A stretch of DNA of 64,000 nt from the human T2T-CHM13v2.0 reference genome, Homo sapiens. Positions within the stretch are counted from its first letter, which is position 1; each line of letters starts with the position of its first letter. Positions 13,105 through 28,148 of this stretch are shown in pieces. Under the pieces are notes generated by a model. It was not told the DNA's origin, ran no database searches, and saw nothing but the letters and a program-made list of their open reading frames with translations. The stretch is taken from assembly GCF_009914755.1 (NCBI RefSeq), contig NC_060925.1; one strand, written 5' to 3'. The position numbers and the translations under genes were made by a program.

Positions 13105-13470
13105 CAGATGCTCTTCAGCTTATGATGTGGCTATAGTCTGATAAACACATTGTAAGTTGAAAATATTGCAGGTTGAAAATGCATTTAATACACCTAATCT
13201 ACTGAACGTCATAGCTTAGCACATCTTACCGTAAACATGATCAGAATACTTACTTTATACATAGCCTTTAGTTGGGCAAAAATCATCTAACACAAAGTGT
13301 ATTTTATAGTAAAGTGTTGAATAGCTCATGTAATTTATTGAATACTGTACTGAAAGTGAAAAACAATTTTTGTATGGGTACGTGAAGTGTGGTTTCTACT
13401 GAATGCGTATTCCTTTCACACCATTTTAAAGCTGAAAAATCAGTAAGTCAAACAATTAAGTCAGGAACTG
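13105..13470 (+). mobile_element. MER47A (TcMar-Tigger MITE), full length
   Basis: CAGATGCTCTTCAGCTTATGATG...AATGCATTTAATACACCTAA...AAGTCAGGAACTG followed by TA; about 366 bp. Confidence 0.9.
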
Positions 13471-14902
13471 TATATGTTTTTAGAATTTATCATTAATTAT
13501 TATTCTTCAAATGGTTTTTTTATTCATCTTTAGTGGAGGCATTTTACATAAAAAACTATTAAAATATTTTTCAGTTGAATGAATTATCATTGTATTATTG
13601 TAAAATATCAAATTTATATATTGTATAAGGCCCTTCATAGCATGTGCCCTGCTTTTTCATTAAATTCTCATTTGCATTGCCATTGTTTGTACTTCTTTTA
13701 CTGAATGTCTTTTCTTTTTATTCTTGGTATTCTTTACTACATGTTCGCTGAACTTGCTGTTTTTTAAAAAACACTGTCACGACCTTACATATACTCATAA
13801 CTCCTACTTCTTCTAATTTCTATTCAAGAGCATCCTCCCCAGGAAATGTTCAGTTGACTGCCTTGGGTTGACTTCATTGTTTCATATCTTCATAGTCTAC
13901 TATTGTATATGTACACCTTTATACAGAAATGTCCATATTGCATTGTTTGCATGCCTATCTCTAACTATATCTGTAGCCCTGTCCCAAAACAAATACAGTT
14001 TGCTTTCTTTTTATTTCCTGCAAATTGTGTAGAGATTTGTATACTATGAATTAAATTCTTGAAATATTAATTGGCAAAATTGTAATGAAAATTATTTACA
14101 AAGCTTACTCTTTGACATCACCAAAATTGACTTATCAATTAAAATTAAATATTGTTGTTTTTAAAATTGAAAATTTTTAAATTCAAAATTTAAAATTAAA
14201 TATGTCTTAATTTCATGAATCATTGCTAATATAATAGATTCACTACTGACAGGTTGCAGGAAGTTTTAAATTTATTTTGTTATCCTGATTCTATGCTAGG
14301 TTTATATGAAACTATTAAATTACCACTCTTTCCTCAGCCAGAATCTATCAATTTTAAACAAAAATGTACCAAGCACTATTACTCACAATGTGCTTTGGAA
14401 AATGATAGAGGTGATATGGTAAAAGAACTTTACCCTAACTTTCAGAACATAACAAATCTCTCAGTATTATCTGCCCCCAAAGCGATGCATAACTACTAAT
14501 AGGTAGAAAGAAAGGATAATGAGAACTAACCTAGAAAACTTTTAACCTTATATCCATGTACTGTTACTCATATCATCTCTTTGAAAGACGGGATAATAAA
14601 AATATTTATCTTGTTCCTGGAGCACAGCCAGAAACCATAATAGGCTTTCACAATGCAAGATAATCCCAGGTCTCAAAAAAGTACAGTAAATGAGTTTTCA
14701 GTAATTTAATCAGAGTTTAAAGAAGGCTTTAAATGTCAAGCCTACAGAAAACAGGAAAAATATTAGGGATATTATGCACCTTTAAACTTAGTATCTTTTG
14801 TTGTCAAACTAATTTATATTTTAAAGATATATATTCAAAAATATGTAAATAATAATCACTAAACTAAGTGTATACATTGAAGTAACTGAAATTAAAAACC
14901 TG

Positions 14903-15453
<551 letters not shown>

Positions 15454-17059
15454 TTATAAAATATTTATCATTATTATTATTGTTACTATTTTCTGCTAAA
15501 GGGTGGAGGTGGTTGGAAATACTAATTTAGGACAGGACATCCTGGTGTTCCAACCAGCTTACTTCCTGCAGTAGTCAGTCACTTACTGTAGGTAGCACAG
15601 CTCTTTGAAGCCTATTATCTGACCTCACAGGCCATATTTCTCTATGACTTAAAATAGGAAGTGCTTTATAAAATGACTTCACACTGGTTGACCTCCTTCT
15701 GCCAAGCCACTGCTACCTCCCAGAATACTTCCATTGAGCTAGTAGGGGCCAACCACAGAAGTGGTTCTGAAGTATCTGAAAGCCTCTTGATTCCATTGTT
15801 CAGCGGTTTTGATTTTTTTAAGTAGCAAAGCTCTTTCCACAAAAAAAAAAAAAAAGAATAAAATATCAAATATATAAAAGTGTTAAAAGTGGAGCAGGTC
15901 TATTTGAAAAAAAAATAAGTGGGATTTCTACCTTCCCTCCTAGCACCTCCACTATGGCCATTTCTCAGGCAATTTCTCAGCATCGCTTTGTCTCCGTCAA
16001 GAACTGTTTGAAAACTATTGAAAAACTTTGGAAAGAATGAAACAGGTACCAGCCAATGGAAGGCAAAATGGCTACAGGTGGACCTGTTTTCTTTACTAAT
16101 ACTAAAAAAAAGTTTGCATTTATGTAGGCTTGCCTTTTCCTGGACTATGAAGGAATCTGAATTGGCAACTCTTAACTAAAGCTTTATTGTTTTCTTACAA
16201 CCACAGGTCAATGTCTCAACTCTCTTTTTTCTTGTAATCTTGTTCTATCCTAGCTAAAGCATTTACCTAGTTACAGTATCATTATCCATGGTAGATTAGT
16301 TTCAAATGTACTTTAATTTTAAAGTGATTGTCTTTCTAATTCCAGGTTTACACCTATAAACTGGTGACCAGAAAATATTGTGAACATCTTTGATCCTGAA
16401 TTCTCTCATGCATAAAATAGGAATTCTAAAAATTTAGTGACTTAAAGTATGTAAAATTTAATCAAGCTTAGAACCTGGCCCACACTTGTTCTCAGTAATA
16501 TTAATCTTGTCCTATCCTTTCTAGATAGAAAACTGCCTTGTATGATACATTGTCGAATCACTTGTACAAAGAAAGTCATGTATAATCTTAAAAAAAGTAT
16601 TCTTTTATTTTTGTAGAAGGATATAATAACAGGAACTCAAGTCTCATTTATCTTATAAAAAGAAGTATGCCTAAATTATTTGTCTCATTTCTTACTGAAA
16701 AAAAAAACCATGTTAAATTAACCTCTTTTTATACACACAGATCCAATAATTAATTCATGTGTAATCTTTAGAATTAGAAGTCCAGGGTCATTTGCAGATT
16801 TTTTTGTGTGTGTGCCATTGTTTCTTACAGTAAAGTGATAAGAATAATTTGTGATTATAAAATAAAAATGATGTATTCTACTTCCAGCCATGACCAGCCC
16901 TGACTGGCACCCACACTAGACACCATTAAAAATATTCATAAATCTGGATAAAATAAATGATTCAACTCTTTTTAGGCATTGAACGGGAACTAACACAGGA
17001 CTATGAATCTTAAATGAAGGAAAATATATAAGTAAAACAAAAGCTAAAACAATTGATTA

Positions 17060-17365
<306 letters not shown>

Positions 17366-17379
17366 TCAGAAAAACCCTC

Positions 17380-17678
17380 TTTTTTTTTTTTTTTGAGACG
17401 GAGTGTCGCTCTGTCGCCCAGGCTGGAGTGCAGTGGCGCGATCTCGGCTCACTGCAAGCTCTGCCTCCCGGGTTCACACCATCCACCTGCCTCAGCTCAC
17501 CTCCCGAGTAGCTGGGACTACGGGTGCCCGCCACCACGCCCGGCTAATTTTTGTATTTTTAGTAGAGATGGGGTTTCACTGTGTTAGCCAGGATGGTCTC
17601 GATCTCCAGACCTCATGATCTGCCCGCGTTGGCCTCCCAAAGTGCTGGGATTACAGGCTTGAGCCATCGCGCCCGGCC
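17380..17678 (-). mobile_element. AluY-like, full length, CpG-rich
   Basis: Poly(T) tail, Y diagnostics (ACTGCAAGCTC, GTGTTAGCCAGGATGGTCTCGATCTCC), TSD ctctttttt at a TTTT/AA endonuclease site. Confidence 0.95.
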
Positions 17679-17759
17679 CTCTTTTTTAAAATAAAGTAGA
17701 ATACTACTAGAAGAAAACTCTTTCTACAGAAGTGGTTGATATGCAGATAAATGTAACAA

Positions 17760-19540
17760 ACATCCTTTTTTCTCTCCTTAAATTTTATTTGAAGGAAGCG
17801 ATTATTTAAAAGCAAATAAAAGTTGTAATACTATAATAGGATTTATTAGGTAGATAGTTGTAAAATATACAGAAACTAACACAGAGGCCAGAAGGCAAGT
17901 GGAAGTTACCTGGAAAATTGTTAAATTTTATGTGATGTGATCACATATTATAATTCCTAAAGTACCCACTAAAAATCTAATAATAAAAATATATATAGTG
18001 AAAAGGCTAGTAGAGGAATTAAAATAGAATACATGACTATTTAATTAAAGAAAGATGAAATGAGAAATATAGCATAAGAACAACAATAATAAGACAAATA
18101 GAAGTTGACTGGCACAGTGACAGACCTAAATCCAACCACATAAACAATTATATTAAATATATATAGGCAAAATACTCCACATAAAAAGCAGAGATTTTTA
18201 GACTGGAAAAAAAACCCAGATGTATACTTTCTGTGACAAATAAACTTTATATACACTTATAGATGTTACCAAACAAAAAATAAAGAGAAAAAAAAGATTC
18301 ATTATGATTCATCAAAATTAAAAATATCTTGGTGGATCGTACCTGTAATCCCAGCTACTCAGGAAGCTGAGGCAGGAGGATAGCTTGAGGCAGGAGTTCA
18401 AGAACTGCCTGGGAAACAGCAAAACTGGTCTCTGCAAAAAAAAAAAAAAAAAAATTAGCCAGGCATAGTGGCACATGCCTGTAGTCCCAGGTGCTCAGGA
18501 GACTGAAGCAGGAGAATCACTTCCCTCCAGGAGCTGGAGCCTACAGTAAACTATGATCATGCCACTACACTCCAACCTGAGGGACAGAATTGAAAAAAAT
18601 ATATCGGGAAATTCTTCTCATCAAAAGACGTCCTAAAGAAAATTAGAAGTCAAGTCACATACTGATAAAAAATATTTTTAGTACCTATTCTGACAAAGAA
18701 TTTATATACTGAAATAATAATATAAATATATCAATAATGAAATATCAATAAAAAGACAATTTAATTAAAACATAGGGTAAAGAATAGAAGAGATATCTCA
18801 CAACAGAAAATATGAGGAAATATAATAAGATAAATACTAACCTCTAGTGGGAAACCACTATACATTCATGAGAGTGACTAAACTTTAATATATTAACAAT
18901 ACCAAATGTTGGTGATAATAGAGAACAACTGGAACTCTTTCACCCTATGTGGAAATGTAAAATTGTACATCCACTTTGAAAAAGTGTTTAGAAGTTTCTT
19001 ATAAATTTAAAACTGAATCTACCCAGGAATTGTAGTCTTACTTATTTACACAAAAGAAATGAAAACATATACATAAAAAGACATATAGAATGTTTGTGGT
19101 AACTCATAACTAAAAATTGGAAACAACCAGTTATAAACAGATGCATAAACAAATGGTGATATATTCCTATAGTGGAATACTTCTTAGACATTAAATATTG
19201 GACTCCTGGTATGCCACATAATAGGTAACTCTTAAAAACATTATGCTGAGCAAAGTAATCCAGATAAAAATGAGTGCATACTCTATTACTCTATATGAAG
19301 TCCCAGAACAGACAAAACTAACCCCTGGTAGTGAAAATTAGAACAGAGCTTGCCTTTCAGGGGTTGGAAATTAATTTTAATGTGATATGGGGAAACTTTC
19401 TTGGATGATGGAACTGTTCTATGTCTGATTGAGGTGCTGATTACATTAGTGTGTTCATTTCTCAAATCTCATCAAATTGTATAGTTAAAATTATATATTT
19501 TACTGTGTAAATATTTTTCTTCAGTTAAAAACACAATAAA
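17760..19540 (+). mobile_element. Old L1M (ME/MD-like) fragments: ORF2 endonuclease start, then ORF2 end and 3'UTR; interrupted by an AluJ
   Basis: aaaagcagagatttt..actgga; aataccaaatgttggtga..gaacaactggaactct; ggatgatggaactgttct. Confidence 0.75.
18329..18598 (+). mobile_element. AluJ (5' end eroded)
   Basis: Dimeric Alu with an expanded central A tract and J-type right arm (ctatgatcatgccactacactcc); flanked by aaaaatatc-like TSD. Confidence 0.9.
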
Positions 19541-21039
19541 ATTCAAGCAAGCTCACACATTATTTATCATATCAATAAATACTGTCTGGAATTTTTTTGA
19601 GGTTCTCTATATAAATATCTTTATTGATATTCTAATCACACTAAATAAACTACTTTAATAAAGCACTTTTTCTAGCATTCTGACATACTTTAATCTTATT
19701 AAAGCTTGTCAAATTTCACCTATTGATTAAGCTAAAATCTCAATGAAATATTTGAAATCTCTAATCTTTTTCTTGTATTCTTCTCTTTAGCACTTATCTG
19801 AAAGCAAAAATTTCATAATACTAACATCAGGACCTAGGTAACTAAAGTTCTAAAAAAATAGGGTATGTGTTAAATGCTAGATAAAATTCATTTGAAATTT
19901 GCCTTTCTAAAATAGTTATTACTCTTATTTTATATATTTATTGTTCTAGATGACTTTCCTACAATTTTGAAAATGATGAAACATTATTTTGATTAATATA
20001 TTAGAAAGAATAATACAAAGAACACTCATATGTCTACCACCTAGATTTAACAAATGTAAGCTTTTTATAATTGCCATATTTGTTGAAATCTTTTTTAAAA
20101 AATAAAATATTACACATACCATGGCAGTTGTATCCATTTCCTTCTTCATTTCTACTTCCTTTCCTCTCTTCTCAGAGAGGACTGTTCTACAGTTATTATG
20201 TGTCTTTAAGAAAATATTTTTCTATGTATCCTTTCAGCAATATACATTATCACTTTAGACTGTAAAGTTTTAAGTTTCATGTTTATGTAAATGTACATTT
20301 CAAGGTTATGTAAGCATACGTATTCTTTATCCTTTTTCTAATTTATTTTGTTTTACATTAAATTATCATATTTTTTACTTCAAAATGAAATAATAAAAGT
20401 TAACCATAGGAAAACTAAATTGCCATTGATTTAATTGCATACGCTGTTTTCCTCCATTTATCCTTTGATGTAATATTTGTAGGTATAATGAGGAAGAAAA
20501 GTAAGAATCATTGAACAACTATTCTCTATAACACATTGTGCTAAGTACTTGTTTACATTATCTCATTATATTTTTAATGGGTGCTATAAACATCATTAAA
20601 CATCGTTAGGAGTAAGGACAAGTTACCAATGGTGTAATAAATTGTTGTGAAACTCAGTCTCAATTATCAAGATGTCTATAATGTAATTGCAATGTGAGAA
20701 TATTGACATACAACCACAAGTAATACAAATTAATATATGCCAGCACTGAAAGAACAGTATTAAGCAAAAAACCTACATCAACAAGAATTCAAGGGTTATA
20801 AAAATTTACCAAAGTTAGAGCAGGACTCACAGATCCACATGATGTTTTGTCTTAGTACAAGAGTAAATTAGATTTCAACCTGTCTCTTAATTCGTCAGAG
20901 TTTTCTGGAAATCCTTCCAACATTCTCCTCTTGAGCAAAATGCATTTTTCCCTTAGGCTTTACCACAGTTTTCAAGCCTCCATTCTACTAACCTTACTCT
21001 TAGCCCAGTAAAAATTCCACTGACCAAAAACAATGAATT

Positions 21040-21450
21040 ATCTGCAATGAATTACTTATTCCTTTCACTTGGTAAAACATGTAGATTCCGTAGTGTCTCT
21101 TGCCTCTTGGTTTCTAGTTTGGCCACAAGGCTTGCTTTGGTCATCGTGATGTTAAGAGTTACGATGTGAGTAGAGCCTTGAAAGACGCTTTCATGTTTGG
21201 GCTTACCTTTTTTCACTCCTGCTTTTTGCCATGAGGAACACCTGCTTTGATTAACCACTGATCTAAAGCAGCTGAGATAGATAAAGCAGCCCCAGACCCA
21301 ATCTGCATCTTGGAGCAATCCCATTATGCATTAACCTGTATCAGCTGAATCTTAGTTCATCCACAGATTTAAGAGCCAAAAATAAATGCTATTGTTGCAA
21401 ACCACTAAAATCATTAGGTTGTTAGTGCAGTATCATTGTGTAAATAGTCT
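21040..21450 (+). mobile_element. MLT1 (H/I/J-like) MaLR LTR
   Basis: ggcttgctttggtcat..; ctgctttttgccatgaggaaca; aataaatgctattgttgcaaaccact. Confidence 0.7.
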
Positions 21451-21482
21451 ACTCAGGTAGCTTCTCCCAGTTTTCTAAATTA

Positions 21483-21809
21483 CAGTTGTTCCTCAGTATC
21501 TGTGGGGGATTGGTTGTAGAACCTCAGTGGATATCAAAATTCATAGATTCTCAAGTCCCTGATTTAAACTTGCATGCAACAAACACATCATCCCTTATAT
21601 TTTAAATCATCTCTAGACTACTTATAATATCTGACACAATGTGAACACTATGTAAATAGTTATTACATTCTTTAGGGAATAGTGACAAGAAAAAATAATC
21701 TGAACATTTTCAGTACAGAAACAACAATTGATTTTGTTTTTCGAATACTTTTTATCCACAGTTAGATGAATCTATGGGATGTGGAATCAATGACACAGAG
21801 AGCTGACTG
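21483..21809. mobile_element. MER2 (TcMar-Tigger MITE)
   Basis: TA|CAGTTGTTCCTCAGTATCTG...GAGAGCTGACTG|TA terminal inverted repeats with TA TSD. Confidence 0.9.
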
Positions 21810-21869
21810 TATTATGAACATTTTTTATTGCACCTACATAAAATATACTGATGATGAGTTAATACATAT

Positions 21870-22730
21870 CATGTAGACCCACCTAAACCATCTCTTGAAT
21901 GTTAAATAAAAATCTCTAAATGCCTATCAGGTATAAAAAATATCTTGTATTCAAACTTAACCAGTTCAACAATTAACCAATCCTCTTTTTCCCACCACCC
22001 ACACAAATCATCCTCTTTTCAATTTCCCTCCCACTTGATATCATTTTACCTATTTCCCAAATCACAACCATAGGAGTCATCACTGACTCCTTCCTGTCTC
22101 CATTATTCCATGCAATGGTTAACTAAGAGCTTTGATTCTATTTCCTAAATGTCTCTTTAATCTTCCTCCTTTATACTTTCTACCTTACTTTAGACCTTAA
22201 TCTTGTTATATACCTTCTATCCTCTACTTCCTGGATCCCTCTGTGTGACTCTCCAAAAATTTGTTATTATCTTATTTATTGTTATTTTATTGTTATAATC
22301 TTCTGAAAATGTAACTCTTATGATGTCATTTTCTGTGCTGATATCCTTGGCCTCTGCCATTCACCCGTAGTTGAAAATTCAGACAACTTAGAATGGCAGA
22401 CCAGTAATACCTAGGTGACTGAGCCTATCTTTACCATTTAAGAAAATTCAGGAAATTCCCATTTCAGAAAATTCCTTCTTCAGGAAGGCTTCTCTGAGCT
22501 AACCCTTTCCTCACTGCCCCCCACCATTATCTTTCATATGCAAAAGCAGGATTGGGAGACTTTTCCATGTATTTCCCTAATTATTATTACTTCCCTTATT
22601 CTAATAATTGTACTACATTACATTTATATTTTTACTTTTCTCTAATATTATTGCACCCTGAGTTCCCTCTTATTCTGATTCTCCTAGTAATTACAGTAAT
22701 GATTGACACATAGTAGGTGACTTGAATGAA
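21870..22730 (+). mobile_element. L2 LINE 3' fragments
   Basis: aggagtcatcactgactccttcctgtctcc; cttcaggaaggcttctctga; 3' end tgacacatagtaggtg..tgaatgaat. Confidence 0.65.
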
Positions 22731-23070
22731 TATAGAAAGGGAAGAGAAATATTAGTAATATAAAATTAAACTATCAGACTCTTTCGCTAAAGCGTAGTTG
22801 TTCACATACACTTCACCTTGGAGTCGTCCTTACTGTCGATTTGCCAATATACTGAAACTTTAATCCATGTTGACAGACTCTGCCATTCTGTATAAACGTA
22901 ACATATCTAATATTTAGTAAAGTAAATTTTGATTAGGACAAATATGAGATTGATATAATGACATTGAAAATTCAAGACAGAAAGATAAATAGTAGTTGTG
23001 GAATACTTGTTACACATCAGAGAGTTTTCATATGCTAAGTAGGCATGACCCTTAAGTAATATAAGATAGA

Positions 23071-23720
23071 TGTGTCAGTCTGAGTCCAAGTTTAATACAG
23101 ATGATTATTCAGTAGAACAGGAGACTGAAATAAAAAGGTATTATTTAGTAAAAATACAGAGAATTCTAAAACATATAATATTAGCAGATATAATGAGAAG
23201 CTGCCACCTCCACGGTTAAGAAAGACACCCAGTAAAGAACTTTGCCTCCAGGGCTGAGATATACTGAACTTTCCAGTGAGGGTTCTGTTCACTGAATAGC
23301 TGAAAAGTTGCAGTAATATCAGGGTGATGGAACTTGCTGAAGATTTGTTCTTTTGGGTGCTAGGAAAAAACTATTCAGGTGGATATGTCTTACTGGAGAA
23401 AATTTTTGAAACTTCTTGAGGGAGTGCCATGGGAACCTGCTGGTTGCTGCTGTCTGCCATCCCCTGCAAAAGCCAGATGCTTGAGAAGGCGTGGTACCTG
23501 CAGGAACTGGGCAGTGAAGGAGCTACACTTGCTGCAAGAGCCTGTAGAAAGGCACACTAGAACCAATAAGCAAAACCTATTCCTTCTGTAACATCTCTCC
23601 AGCACTCTTTACTGGCAGCTGGCAAAGGTAAGCTATTTAAAGGGCCCAGTTACATTTTCACATAAAAGGCAATGAAGCATGAACTTGGAGCTGAGAGGCA
23701 ATAAATTGGTAATTAGCACA
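23071..23720 (-). mobile_element. ERVL solo LTR (LTR41-like)
   Basis: The minus strand starts TGTGCTAATTACCAATTTATTGCCTCTCAGCTCCAAG and ends CTGACACA; degenerate 5-bp TSD ataga/gtagg. Confidence 0.75.
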
Positions 23721-26014
23721 GTAGGTGTTAACAATCTACTTTTTAAAGGTAAGAACAGTGAGTCTCAGGAAGACATAGTAAAATCTCTGAGCTCATACAT
23801 CTATGGAACTAAGGAAAGATCATGGTGAGGTCTGAGGGATTGAGGTTGGACAAATGACAGAGGATACTTGTTTTGATATCTCTGGAATGATTTCCCAATT
23901 GAGAAATGCAATGCCTTTAATATAAAAATTTAATCTATTTCTCAAACAGGAGTAGCTTTTGTATATAGACATCATATTACCCTGATGTAAAAAATGTCAA
24001 GGAAAATATTTTTTCCTTTGACTAATAAATATCATTAAAGTGTATAATATAAACTATACTAAATTAAACTCATTTGCTCATCCATTCAACAAAAATTACT
24101 ATATAATGATTATATGACATATATTATTTTTGTATCTATGATTTTTTTGAAGTTAATTGATAAAAATTCAATTATAAGTACTGGGTTTTCAACTTGAGTT
24201 ACAATTTTAAAACTCAATTTAGTTTTCTATGTTTGGTGTCATTTTTTTTTTTGAGTGACAAAAAAGACAAAGGAAAAAGACAGAAAAATAAGGAAACAAG
24301 AATTCTCATATTTATTAGGATAGTATCCAGTTTTAAAAAGTTGAGGTTGAAACTATTTTGAAATCACATGATAAATGGTTGGGGATTTTCTGCTTTATTT
24401 CTACTGAAGTTTTACTTCCAAGTTTCTGACAGTTAGTTTCTACTTTAAGATTATCAATATGTTCAGACTAAATAAAGAAAATCTTTATCAAAAAGACTCC
24501 AGGAAGGTCACAAAATACAGTAAATCCCAGAGTATGGCAATATTGTAAGTTGATTTAAAAAGAAAAATGTATCTATGGCCTGGATAAATTATTTTACCTC
24601 AATGATAAAGGTATTGAAAAGTAAAATAAATTGTTTTTCACGAAGGATCTATATATGCTTGATAGATTAAATTCAATCAAGCTTTTTTAGAATGCTTTTT
24701 TTCATAAGCGACATAAATATTTCCTGTCATTTATAATTCTTAGAATAAGATTAATTTTATTTCTTAACCACAATCATATTGGTCTCCCTTTTTAGAGGAT
24801 AACATTATTTACTCAAATAAAAATAACTGTTGATTTTGTTTGCACATTTTAAAATAGACCAGTAACGTATGTCTTATATAGAAAATCCTCTTGTCACTTA
24901 TGAACCTATGAATAGGGTCACTATAGTCCAGCTGATTGAACTAGATTTATCATTTGAATGTGTCCTTTTCAAAAGCAATAATAAGTTTTCTGTATTTGTC
25001 CCTAATCCTGGAATCTGTCAGTCTCTAGTTACATCATTTTAGCAGATAAAACTTTTGATGGCTGTTAGAATTCACACAGTCTCCTGAGCCTATGGCATTT
25101 TTGTGTAATGTACCATTTATACTACAGTACTTAAAATCCATATAAGAGGCATTGGGAACTGTGACTACTTTGAAAGTAGCCTTTTCTAGAAGTTAAATGA
25201 CTTTGAAATATCAACATTTATAGTAGAAGGTAGCATCTAACATTAAGGAACTTGTGAATTATCCTATCATTGATATGATTGCAAAAATATAATCTAACCT
25301 GTAAAACTTCACTAGACTCCTTAAATGCATCTTAAAAAATTGAGATTTATAGTAACCATGCATCAAGCTTTAAGAACAGTGGTTTCCTAAGAAGCTATGT
25401 ATTTCATTTATATTGTGGTTCTACAATATATATCAGGTGTACTTTTGAACTTCTCTTACATTTTAAAACCCCTCTCTGTGTCTTTTCTCCATATTTTCAC
25501 TGACTTTCTAGAGATTCAGTAAAATATTAACCGTCTTCATTAAGAATGATCTACAAATAAAGTGTTGTGATTATTTGAATATTCTTGTTCTAGGTGTCTT
25601 CATTTATCCAAAAAAAATTTTGTTTCAATTCTTAAGGTTTAAATTATCTATGTTTATTTTCCTACTTTATAAAATGTTAAATTTTATAACTAAAAATATT
25701 CTTAATACTGAATGTATAATTGTACTATCCTGTATGTTATCACTTTTGTTACAGAAATTTCCATTAAAGTTCTTTAAGCCTGTCTTTTCTAAATTGTGAA
25801 AGCTGTTAGTGTAGATGTTTCTATTTATTATGTGTTTCCTACCATTTACACAGTATTTGTGCTCAAAATAAATTGTAATTATTTTATAGTCATTATCCAC
25901 TGTCCATATTAGCCAGAATGCACTCCAAAACCTGGAGTAATTAAAAAAAAATCTCTCTATGTAGAACCTATGTTAACTAAAAGCCCATACACTAAAACTC
26001 ACACTCTTCACTTA

Positions 26015-26175
26015 GTAGAAAATCAGGATGGGAGACTGAGAGATGAGAAATTACTTAATAGATACAATGTATACTATTCAGGTAATGGTTATGCGAAAAG
26101 TCCAGACTTCACCACTATGCAATATATCCATGCATCAAAACTGAACTTATACACCTTAGATTTATGCAAATTAAA
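26015..26175 (+). mobile_element. L1MA-type 3' end fragment
   Basis: gagatgagaaattacttaat..tacaatgta..ccagacttcaccactatgcaatatatccatg. Confidence 0.85.
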
Positions 26176-26384
26176 CAATTTGTATAGTTTATACAGATTT
26201 AAAGAAGAAAATATTATTTCGTGATTATAATCAATATAATTAATAAAGTAAGCAAATGTAACTGTGAAAGGTATTGAGGAAGTATGGTTTAGAAATATAG
26301 AATGCTAAATTCAGGAGGTGTCTTAAAGATGATCAAACCAAAGACGCTCACTTTACTGTTAAGGAAACTGAGGCCTGGCTTGAG

Positions 26385-26745
26385 GTATGTCTCCAGGGAA
26401 ACAGACTATCAGATTAAGGTTTGCATTTAGGACGTTAATTGAGAAGTGCTGTAGGGAAGAAAGCTCTGAGTACGTAAAGGAAGCCGGATTAGGCAGAGGT
26501 ATTTGGGTGGGCTGAGATGTGGTTGTTGACACAGATCTAAGTTAGCCCCAAGGGGAGCTCTGGGCCTGAGAAGGCCTTACCGAGTTGTCCCAAATTGGGT
26601 TCAAGCTTCCTTCAGCTGAATTCCATTCCCAAAGTGGGTCTCATCTATGAACCATCAGCAGTCAACTATCCTGGCTTGCAGGAGAATGGGCACCCTTCTG
26701 AAAAGGGATTTAGGTGGAGCATCCAAGCAATCATTGATGTCATAG
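26385..26745 (-). mobile_element. ERVL LTR fragment (LTR16/LTR40-like)
   Basis: ctccagggaaacagact..aggtttgcat..; similar in layout to the LTR at 33500-33900. Confidence 0.55.
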
Positions 26746-26763
26746 GACAACCCAGTATACTAC

Positions 26764-28148
26764 TGCTATGGTTTAAATGTTTTTGGCCCCTGCAAATTCA
26801 TGTACTGGAAGCTTAATTCCCAATGCAACAGTTTTGGGAGGTGGGGCCTAAGAGGTGTTGTTTAGGTAGTTCAAAAGCATCCATTACCATGAATAGATTA
26901 ATGCCACTATAAAAAGAACTTGCAGGCATGGGTTTGCTCTCTCCTTCCCTTCTGCCATGTGAGGAACAGCATTCCTCTTCCTCAGAGCATATGGCATTTA
27001 AGGTGCCATCTTGAAAGTGAAGATTGGGACACCAAAACTCCAAATGCCTTTATGTCAGACTTCAAGGCTTCTAGCACTGTGAGGCAATACATTTCTGTTC
27101 TTTATAAATTACCCAGTTTTACATATTCCGTTGTAGCAGCACAAAACACATTAAGATAGAAATTTGTATCAAAGAAGTAGGATGTTGTTATAACAAATAT
27201 CTGAAAATGTAAAAGCTGCTTTGGAACTGAGTAATGGGTAGAGGTTGGAAAAGTGTCAGCTAGAACGGGAAACTTTTTCTAGAACTGAATGCTAGATAAA
27301 GCTTATTTTGCTGTGAATGCAGGATTAATGGCAATTCTGGTGAGGGCTGAAAAAAAATAAAAAGGTGTGCTGTAGGAAGTATTCGAGATTACTTAGGTGA
27401 CTGATCAGAATGTTGGGAAGACACATAGATGGTTCAGGCAATTCTGATGAAGTCACAGACAAAAATAAGGAACAAAGTATTTGAAACTAAAAAAAAAAAA
27501 AAAGACCATCCTTGTTTTGAAATGGCAAAGAACTTGGCTGAATTGTATCAATGATCAAGGACCCTATGGAAGGCAGAACTATCCTTTGCTTATCCCACCA
27601 TTGTATTTTGGAAGCACATTACATGTTTTGATTTTATAGGCTCACAGATAAATGAGATTTTGCCTCAAGATGAATTGCAACTTCAGTCTCACTCATATGA
27701 TGCTTACATGAGACTCTGAGCTTTTGAGTTGGTGCTAGAACAGCTTAAGACTTTTGGAGCTATTGGGATGGAATGAATGCATTTCGTATGTGAGAAGCTC
27801 ATGAATTTGGGGGAGATGGAGGCAAAATGCTATGGTTTTAATGTCTGTGCCCTCCAAAACTCCTGTTGAAATTTGATTGCCATTGTGGTGGTGTTAGGAG
27901 GTGAGACCTTTGGGAGGTGAGAAAGCCATGAGGGGTCTGCCCTCATGGGTGGAATTAATACTGTTGGAAAAGGTCGGGTTTCATCCCCTTTTGCCTCTTT
28001 GCTCCTCCTTCTGCTATGTGATGAAATAGCAAGAAGGCCCTTGCAAGATGCTGGCACCTTGATTTTAGACTGCCTGCAGAATTTCTGTTCACTATAAATT
28101 ACTCAGTTTTAGATATTCTTTTACAGCATCAGAAAATGGACTAGAGAG
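26764..28148 (+). mobile_element. MST MaLR provirus: LTR (26764-27159), internally deleted MST-int (about 27160-27827), second LTR (27828-28148)
   Basis: Two TGCTATGGTTT LTR starts. The MaLR internal start (gctttggaactgagtaatgggtagaggttggaa) follows LTR1, and a purine-rich tract precedes LTR2. Confidence 0.88.

Noticed and set aside
17655-17668. GGCTCAAGCC variant in the AluY as a sign of Old World monkey origin
   Set aside because: A single substitution, with the other lineage diagnostics absent; the species cannot be assigned.
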